Shown here piece after piece: positions 25,778 through 33,008 of a DNA stretch of 33,008 bases. The position numbers and the translations under genes are program-made. Source of the DNA: Octopus bimaculoides (lineage: Eukaryota); contig NC_069010.1 of assembly GCF_001194135.2 (NCBI RefSeq), positions 1,169,054-1,202,061 on the forward strand. The letters are read 5' to 3'. Below the pieces are notes generated by a model. That model was not told where the DNA came from. It was given only the letters and a program-made list of their open reading frames with translations, and ran no database searches. Position 1 is the first letter of the stretch, and every line of letters starts with the position of its first letter.

Positions 25778-26183
25778 TTTAGGCGGAATAATGAAACTTT
25801 TTCTGGCTTTAACAGTGTTGTGAATTGCTGGGTAGAAGCACAACCTTCCGAGATCTTTTTCTAGGGCTGAAGAAGTCCTTTCGTCACTATTCGTGACAAC
25901 ATCAATGACAACAGCTTTCCTTCAGATTTGTCTTCTTTCTTACATCACATGGTCTTTATTTCTATTTCTATGAACGTGTGAGATCAGGTATTTGTGTGTA
26001 TGTGTTTTGATCGTACGTTTGAATGTATTTTTGTGTGAGTGCGTTTGTGTGTATCTGTGTTTCTGTATGTTTGTGTATGCAAGTGTGTTTGTGAGCGTGT
26101 AGGTGTATTGTGTGTGCATGTGCGTACCTCTGTGCGTTGATATATGGCTTCAGCTTCATTTCTTGTAACGCCATGGTTTGGTT

Positions 26184-26760
26184 TTACACTGAAATGTGAG
26201 CCAAGCGAATGTGGTTTTTCAGTCCTGCTTCGGATTTACAGTGTTTTCTACAGACATGGCTACAATAGACACTTCGTGCAGTTAGTGTTAGAATATTGTA
26301 ACTTGTGGTTTTTCTAGTACTGGCCCTAAGAGCAGCTCTTGATAAACATTCACGCCTGCAGATATTGCAGACCAAATGTCCCCTAATTACTACACTGGCG
26401 CTCCGTTTTCATACAGCTAGCTTCAAATTAGCATGAAAAATGCATGTATTCTAAAAATACCTACCTTTTTTCCTTATCCGTTTTCCTAATTTCTGGCGAT
26501 GACAAGCATTGCTTACACAATTAACCTCTCATATTTCACAAGCCTTCAACGACATCTTTACACAGAGTCCTTAAACCATTGTCTTGGTTTCTACTGTAGC
26601 CCTTTTCTACAAACACGTTTACCATATAGCATCTGCCTAAGGATTATCTGAGCATCAATCCAAACAATGTATCCAGCTCAACGCAAATTATCAACATCAT
26701 TTTCTACGTTTCTATACTTTGATAGATTCAGCAACTCATCTCTGGCCAACATAAATTGTA
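26184..26760 (-). mobile_element. RTE-clade LINE 3' fragment
   Basis: QSIE.., LR*AGYIVWID..ILRQMLYG..KPRQWFKDSV is followed by the zinc-finger-like tail CNICRRECLSRAAL...CSHVCRKHCKSEAGLKNHIR. This is typical of RTE ORF C-termini. A degenerate (AC)n-like stretch follows at ~25970-26140. Confidence 0.82.
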
Positions 26761-27460
26761 TTTGATGCTTCTAAAATGTGAAAATTACTTTGAGAGTTAT
26801 TAAACAGAACAAGATGAAGATCTCACTCATCTGGGGTTAGCACAGTTTGAAGTTACCCTTTTTATTTTTATAGAGTTATTAAAAGTGTTGTATTTTCATT
26901 AACAAGTTTATTGCTACAGATTAAATTTAAAATAAAGTTTTTTTCAGCTGGTTGATATAAATAGTAACTTACAGTTTTCAGCCATATCCTTATTTTGTTG
27001 TATATTTACATCGCGTATAATGTGTGAATATAATTTCATCCCCAGTTATTCAAGCAAAAATCAGTAACATATATTAATTTATTTAGAACACTTTCGTACA
27101 AACTTCAATACAAAATAATTTTGTTTTAATACGAAAGCATTTTTAATAGTAATTATCATTTCCTGAAAAAAGTGTTTTGATCTAACTTAAATATCTTGAT
27201 TATTTGATTTGAAAACAATTAGGTTTGTTCACTTCTATCACAAAAGAATCCAATAAACGATGGATAATACTTATGGATAATACTTCCTTTCCCATTCCGC
27301 AAAACTCTTCTCGGTAGAGCTTCCTGTCACATTTTATAATGTACAATAAGATTTCATATGCTTTACTAATTTAATCTTGGTCTCTGTTTTAAGAACTTGA
27401 AATCTAATTTCAAATTAAAATACCTTGTAATAACAGTGGAGTAGTATGAAGGTAAATATT

Positions 27461-27610
27461 TTTTTCTCCTGTAAGGAACAAGGCTCGAAATCTTTCAGGA
27501 GGGGTCCAGTCGATTAAATCAGCCCCAGTACGCAACTGGTAGTTTATTTATCGACCCCAAAAGGATGAAAGGCAAATATGAACTCAGAACGTAAAGACAT
27601 ACGAAATAAT
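27461..27610 (-). mobile_element. 5'-truncated SINE with a 16-bp target-site duplication
   Basis: The minus strand reads tatttcgtatgtctttacgttctgagttca...ctttcatccttttggggtcgataaat..ccagttgcgtactgggg...gagccttgttcc (octopus SINE, from recall). An identical tatgaaggtaaatatt flanks it at 27445-27460 and 27611-27626. Confidence 0.85.
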
Positions 27611-28070
27611 TATGAAGGTAAATATTCTAGGAAAAGTTGTACTTTGCCTTCATCTGACTTTATTTGAAAAGAGGGGGTTACTTTGACTTTTCCACGATCA
27701 CACGGAATTAGACTAACAAATGTTGTGTCATTTTATTATCATAGGTTTTTCCAGCACGGTTATTATTGAACTTAAAATTCATGGATTTAATTTTAAAATG
27801 TACAATTGTAAAATTATATTCATTGTCGAGAAACTGCAATAAATAGTAAATAATGATGATGCTAAATTTAGAATGTAAAATAAATTAATTCTACTAAGAG
27901 CCCAATACATTTTCGTACAACTTTAGAGTTTCCTGTCGTAAACTACAAAAGCACAAAGTGAGATACTCGTAGAAACAACAAACATTACATAGAAATAATA
28001 CCTGTGTATGATATATAAAGAGAAAAGACACCAATATATATGTGTTTGTGTTATCCTCTAATTAAATTTG

Positions 28071-28071
<1 letters not shown>

Positions 28072-28104
<33 letters not shown>

Positions 28105-28117
28105 TGTATATAGATAA

Positions 28118-28158
<41 letters not shown>
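28072..28158. repeat. Compound microsatellite (TA)n-(CA)n-(GATA)n
   Basis: Read directly from the sequence. Confidence 0.92.
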
Positions 28159-28254
28159 GCATGCGATGAGTAAATTGTCACCACTTAAATTTTTAATTTA
28201 ACGCATGCACATTCTTTGTTTTGGATTTTGTCGACTACACAGTATATTAGGGTC

Positions 28255-28987
28255 AGTTTGGCAACGTCTTGGAGAAACATGTTGTTCTGCTAGGCATTCG
28301 CACCGGAAGCTCCAATACGAACATGTCAGAGAGTTTGGGTGTCAACCTGAGGACATGTACCGGAAGTGATAAAGATCAAGCATCCAGTCAACATGTTTTG
28401 GTGTTTGTAGTGATCACTAGTGACGGTTATACTTCCATTCATCTCCCCACACGGCTTCAACAGACTCAACACAGAGGCATACATCAATTGCCTGTAGGGG
28501 GTAATGCTGCCCTGGGTCAAGAGGGTGGCTGCTGGAAGACTTTGTGTCTGGTAACAGGACTCTGCACCGTGCCACACAAAACAGCAGAACCTAGACATGG
28601 CTGTCAAACAATGTCTGCGGCGACATCACCCCTCGCATCTGGCCACCTAACTCACCAGACTGTAACCGCCTTGATTATTATGTGTGGGACAAAAAAAATC
28701 CTTGTAACACCAAAGATTAGCTGAAGGGAAGATTTATGGCAATATTCACCAACTTAAACAAGAAGATCATCCAGAAGAGTTGCAGGAGATTCCGAAGTCA
28801 TCCGGAGGCCGTGGTTGAACCCAAAGGTGATTTTATTAAATAAATTTACTCTTTAGTACTTTCAATATATCGAAATGTAATTTAGGTAAATACATCTGTT
28901 AAATTGTTAATTTTGGTTAATATATCTGTTAAATTGTTATTTTCATTTTTGCGTAATTTAGACGACATTTTATTCACCACACTCTGT
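28255..28987 (+). mobile_element. Internally deleted Tc1/mariner element, DD37D (maT-like)
   Basis: A short N-terminal HTH piece (EKHVVLLGIRTGSSNTNMSESLGVNLRT) is joined to the catalytic part: VITSDG, LNTEAYINCL, W*QDSAPCHT, ITPRIWPPNSPDCNRLDYYVW and FRSHPEAVVEPKGDFIK*. The QDSAP...WPPNSPD..LDYYVW signature is typical of DD37D elements. A probable 3' TIR gacgacattttattcaccacactctgt lies at 28961-28987; no 5' TIR was seen. Confidence 0.8.
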
Positions 28988-29395
28988 GCATATAATCTAT
29001 ACACATGCATTTGACATGAGTGATTCTTTCTTCTATATTTTCTTGTCTTGGGATTCACAGTCAAACGGCTGGGTGGAGTTGCACGAAANNNNNNNNNNNN
29101 NNNNNNNNNNNNNNNNNNNNNNNNNNNNNNNNNNNNNNNNNNNNNNNNNNNNNNNNNNNNNNNNNNNNNNNNNNNNNNNNNNNNNNNNNNNNNNNNNNNN
29201 NNNNNNNNNNNNNNNNNNNNNNNNNNNNNNNNNNNNNNNNNNNNNNNNNNNNNNNNNNNNNNNNNNNNNNNNNNNNNNNNNNNNNNNNNNNNNNNNNNNN
29301 NNNNNNNNNNNNNNNNNNNNNNNNNNNNNNNNNNNNNNNNNNNNNNNNNNNNNNNNNNNNNNNNNNNNNNNNNNNNNNNNNNNNNNNNNNNNNNN

Positions 29396-30523
29396 GAATG
29401 TCAAGTTAAGAAAAACGAGCATTTTCGATACCTCCTTCTTTTTTGCTTTTAATCAAGGTTCTAAGGCCACAAAAGCTGCTCGTGACATTTGTGCTAGTGT
29501 ATGGAGAGGGTGCCATAGCTGAAAGAACCGCTCATGATTGGTATGCCAAGTTCAAAAATGGAAATTTTGACCTCAAAGACGCACCTCGCTCTGGCCGTCC
29601 AGTTGAGTTCGATAAGGAGCGATTAAACCAACTTTTGCACGAAAATTCTCGGCAAACAACAAGGGAACTGGCAAAGAAAATGGAATGTTCCCACACTGCT
29701 ATAGAGAAGCATCTTCACTCGATGTGAAATGTTCAGAAATATGGAGCATGGGTTCCACATGCTTTAAGTGACAACAACAAAAATCAACGAGCCACAATCT
29801 CCGCTGGCTTGCTTGCTCGTCACTGCTCAACTCATGGACACAAGCAACGATTTCTTTACCGAATCGTTACTGGCGACGAAAAATGGTGCCTGTACATCAA
29901 TATGAAGCAGCGTAATTAATGGCTTAGCCCCGGTAATCAAGTGACACCATGCGCGTGAAACAAGATCTTCATCCGCGTAAAACGATGTTGTGCGTATGGT
30001 GGTTCTGAGAAGGGATTATCCGTTACGAATTGCTTGAACGGAACCAAACAGTCAATGCGGAACTCTATGTTCAACACGGGAAACGACTCAACACGGCTGT
30101 TCAAGAAAAAAAGATCTAATCATCAGCATGGAGTTGTTCTGCTCTCACAACAACGCACGCCTTCATATCGCCAAGATGACCAAGAAACCATTCAAACACA
30201 TGGCTGGAAAGTGCTGCGACACCCACCGTACTCTCCTGGTGTGACACCAACGGATTTCCACCTCTTTCGATCTCCTTCAAATCTTATGCGCGAAGTTTCG
30301 TTCAATACTGATGCAGAATTGAGAGCTTGGTTGGATCAATTTTTCGAGTCAAAATCGGGTGATTTCTACCAGCGAGGCATTGAAAATCTTGTTGAACGTT
30401 GGGAAGAAGTTGTAAATAAGTGTGAATAGATTATATTATTGATTAATTACTTGTTATTTTTTATTAAAACTTTTTAAAATATTAAATTTCAAAAAAACCG
30501 TGGCAACTTAGTTGCCAACCCAA
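29396..30523 (+). mobile_element. Mariner transposon, near full-length but inactivated (5' end in the gap)
   Basis: Motifs include WYAKFKNGNFDLKDAPRSGRP, YGAWVPHAL, RIVTGDEKW, HNNAR (second catalytic D changed to N), HPPYSP and PTDFHLF. There are multiple stops and frameshifts. The 3' TIR ...ggcaacttagttgccaacccaa is followed by TA at 30524-30525 and resembles mellifera-subfamily TIRs (from recall). Confidence 0.96.
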
Positions 30524-30759
30524 TACTATGAAAGGAAGGGGTGATACTTGAATAAGGAAGGAAGGGGTGATGTCATATTTGGTAGTGAGATGATGAAAAT
30601 TGTACGCAGAAAAAAGGATAAAACCAACAGCGTTTCAACTCTATGTGAATAAATGTGTGTGTATGTAAAAGGGGGTATGTGAATGTGTGTATGTGTGTAT
30701 GTTGTGTGTGTGCATGTGCGCGACCAATGGAAGTGGGATGGTTAACATTCAACGCTGAA

Positions 30760-31047
30760 AAGAAAACTCAAACAACGTTTCAACTCTGTGTATTTGGTAT
30801 TAACTTGCCAGCTCCCGTATTTGGTCACGGTCAGCTTTATGTGAACTTAAGTCGGACAAGAAGGAACGGGAACTTGAAAATTCTTTTGAAGGAAACAAGC
30901 AGTCAAGGGATGTCAGTTGCGGATAGATTTTTCACAAAAAAATTTAGTTATAAAAGCATTATTAAAAAAAAATCTTGGTTTTGTACCTTATTTATATATA
31001 AAAATACTACAATTAGCCGTTAATTTTGACGGCACGGGCCCAGCTAT
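30760..31047 (+). mobile_element. Second Helitron 3'-end remnant (helicase motif VI region plus terminal hairpin)
   Basis: GINLPAPVFGHGQLYVNLSR matches the PIF1 motif PVFSHGQLYVALSR. It is followed by the hairpin gccgtta-attt-tgacggc (31016-31033), then acgggcccagCTAT, a one-base variant of the CTAG terminus. Confidence 0.75.
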
Positions 31048-31438
31048 TTATATATAAATATAAGATCCGATGACCGAGGTGTAGGAAGAAAGTTAGCTCA
31101 AGCAATCCGTAGTAAATATAAACAACTTCCAGGAATAATAGTCGTTTATTAGTGCGGAATGTTGTAAATTTGTCCCATATCAAAGTACGATAAGCTGAAA
31201 AAAATAGTTTATAGTCCATGATAGGCAGCCAGTTTTTACAGGTGCGGAAATATAAATTCAAAAAGTAACACAGATAACACCCGAGCTAATTATATTTCGT
31301 AGAAAACGAACATTAGAAGCGGTAGATATCCAAGCAAGGTGTGTACAACAGGCTACTCATGAAACCAAGGGTATCTTGATTAAATGAAGTTTACATTGTC
31401 GCTAGGAGGCACAATTTTCTGTGTTAACATGTGCCTCC

Positions 31439-31711
31439 TATTGTTGTTGTTGGCACTCCGTCGCTTACGACGTCGAGAGTTCCAGTTGATCCGATCAAGG
31501 GAACAGCATGCTCGTGAAATTAACGTGCAAGTGGCTGAGCACTCCACAGACACGTGTACTCTTAACGTAATTCTCGGGGATATTCAGCGTGACACAGAGT
31601 GACAAGGCTGACTCTTTGAATTACAGGCACAACAGAAACACGAAGTAAGAGCGAGAGAAAGTTGTGGTGAAAGAGTACAGCAGGGTTCGCCACCATCCCC
31701 TGCCGGAGCCT
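31439..31711 (-). mobile_element. tRNA-derived SINE with a (CAA)n tail; head lost in the 10-N gap
   Basis: The minus strand reads aggctccggcaggggatggtggcgaaccctgctgtactctttcaccacaac...gtcacgctgaat...gtggagtgctcagccacttgcacgttaatttcacgagc...cgtcgtaagcgacggagtgccaacaacaac (octopus SINE, from recall). Confidence 0.85.
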
Positions 31712-32282
31712 NNNNNNNNNNGTTGTCCGGGTGTGACTTATTACGCCATCTACGATAAGGCTTGCTAGGTGAAAATCAACTAAAAAAAGAAAGCCTTACA
31801 ATGAAAAAACCCTTATGATATAAATATGTTCATAATTCAAAAGACGATGTAATTAATAGGGAAAGTCTGAAGGCTGTTTTGCGTAACATTATTAAGTGTA
31901 CGTAAATTCCATCCGTCTAATTGGCTATACAAATGCTTGTGCAAAACAACTTTTTGTGCTGCCTTGATTATACATAGCAGGGTAATTCCTTTTCGCATAA
32001 GATAGGACGGCAATTTCTGATGAAGCAATTGCTGGCGATCTGTTGCTACACAGTTCTGCCAGAACTCTATCAGATTGGGCAGTAGATGTTGATGCACTAT
32101 TTTGCATTATGTTAAAAGTAGCTTCTGAATTGTGGTGAATTGCTGCAGTCTGTTGCTGTCTTTTTAAACCGGTTAGTTTCTTTCCCCAGCAAGCTCTCTG
32201 GTTTGGAGGCATAATCTATGTACATATTAAACAGAACAACAAAAGTTATAACAGATGGCAGGGTCGGTAGTTTTCACATTTC

Positions 32283-32464
32283 GGTAATTTTTCAGATTAA
32301 CACCCGCACGATTACGTAACCTTAACCCTGACCCTAAAACCGTAACACTAACCCTCATCGTAACCCTAACCGTAACCCTAACCCTAAAACCCTAACCCTG
32401 ACGCAAAAACCGTAACCCTAACACCCTAGTGAAAATCGTGCGGGTGTTAATCTGAAAAATTACC
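32283..32464. mobile_element. 182-bp MITE-like element: perfect 31-bp TIRs enclosing degenerate telomere-like (TAACCC)n
   Basis: ggtaatttttcagattaacacccgcacgatt (32283-32313) is the exact reverse complement of 32434-32464. The 120-bp interior is TAACCC/TAACCG/TGACCC variants. The flanks are cacatttc (32275-32282) and cacatttg (32465-32472). Confidence 0.7.
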
Positions 32465-33008
32465 CACATTTGTAATGAAGTTCACTGATTTGCAATGTGT
32501 TGTCCATAAGCTCCGTTGTTTGTATATTTACAAAACATTGACGAACATGAGTTATCTTGTAGAAAATGGCTGTGTGTACGTGCGCGTGTATGCGTTTGAG
32601 AGAGCGAGAGAGAAGATGGAGAGAGGAAAAAGAGAGAGGGGGAGAAAGGAATAGAGAACGTGAACAATGAAGAAAAATAAAGAGAGGAAGGGAGAACGGA
32701 AGACAGTTATAAAATAGCAATGCATGCGCATGTTTATATAAGAAACACACAGAAACTAAATCTTATATCTATAATGTTGATGTGTGTATGTGTTTATGTG
32801 TATGTTGTTGTCACAGATCACGTATATGTGGTTGTATGTGTTTTTACATTTCTATGTTATGAAAAATATGTTAGAGGTAGAGGGATAGAAGAAAGCTATT
32901 AAATGTGAGAGAGGAAGAAGAACGAAGTAAGAGTGAAAAGGTAGAAGGAAAGAATAGTCTTAAAGCAAGTTAATCTATAACTTTGTATGTATCTCTCTCT
33001 CTCTCTCT

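Noticed and set aside
26972-27163. Minus-strand acceptor/donor pair (ttttttcAG|...aact|GTAAGT)
   Set aside because: All three frames contain stops, so it is not a coding exon. A non-coding exon cannot be assessed from sequence alone.
29396-30429. Active mariner transposase
   Set aside because: It has in-frame stops (for example 29725-29727), several frameshifts and a D-to-N change in the catalytic triad.
32314-32433. True telomere or chromosome-fusion scar
   Set aside because: It is only 120 bp, degenerate, single-orientation (no head-to-head TTAGGG/CCCTAA junction) and enclosed by TIRs.

Overview
This is eukaryotic, AT-rich and repeat-dense draft-assembly sequence with 10 N-gaps. It is probably an octopus or other cephalopod, inferred only from my recall of the SINE families. 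Bases 1-15427 are one uninterrupted tandem array: about 52 visible units, each a ~160-bp conserved core plus a variable (CT)n spacer, almost entirely pyrimidine on the + strand and broken by 7 gaps. It ends mid-unit against a purine-rich block. The remaining 17.5 kb is mostly decayed transposons: two Helitron PIF1-helicase remnants, a Chapaev-like transposase remnant, Penelope (RT + GIY-YIG), R4/Dong-like and RTE LINE 3' ends, several SINEs, a DD37D (maT-like) element and a mariner. The only convincing host coding sequence is an intact-looking terminal exon encoding the C-terminal part of a death domain (18978-19183, minus). About 2 kb upstream of it is a GC-rich promoter-like region with paired NRF1-type and ETS-type motifs. 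The most unusual items are a 182-bp perfect-TIR element filled with telomere-like repeats, the satellite itself (a consensus splice donor in each unit on the minus strand), and a possible compact death-domain microprotein gene at a possibly bidirectional promoter. I found no rRNA, tRNA gene, CRISPR array or prokaryotic system.
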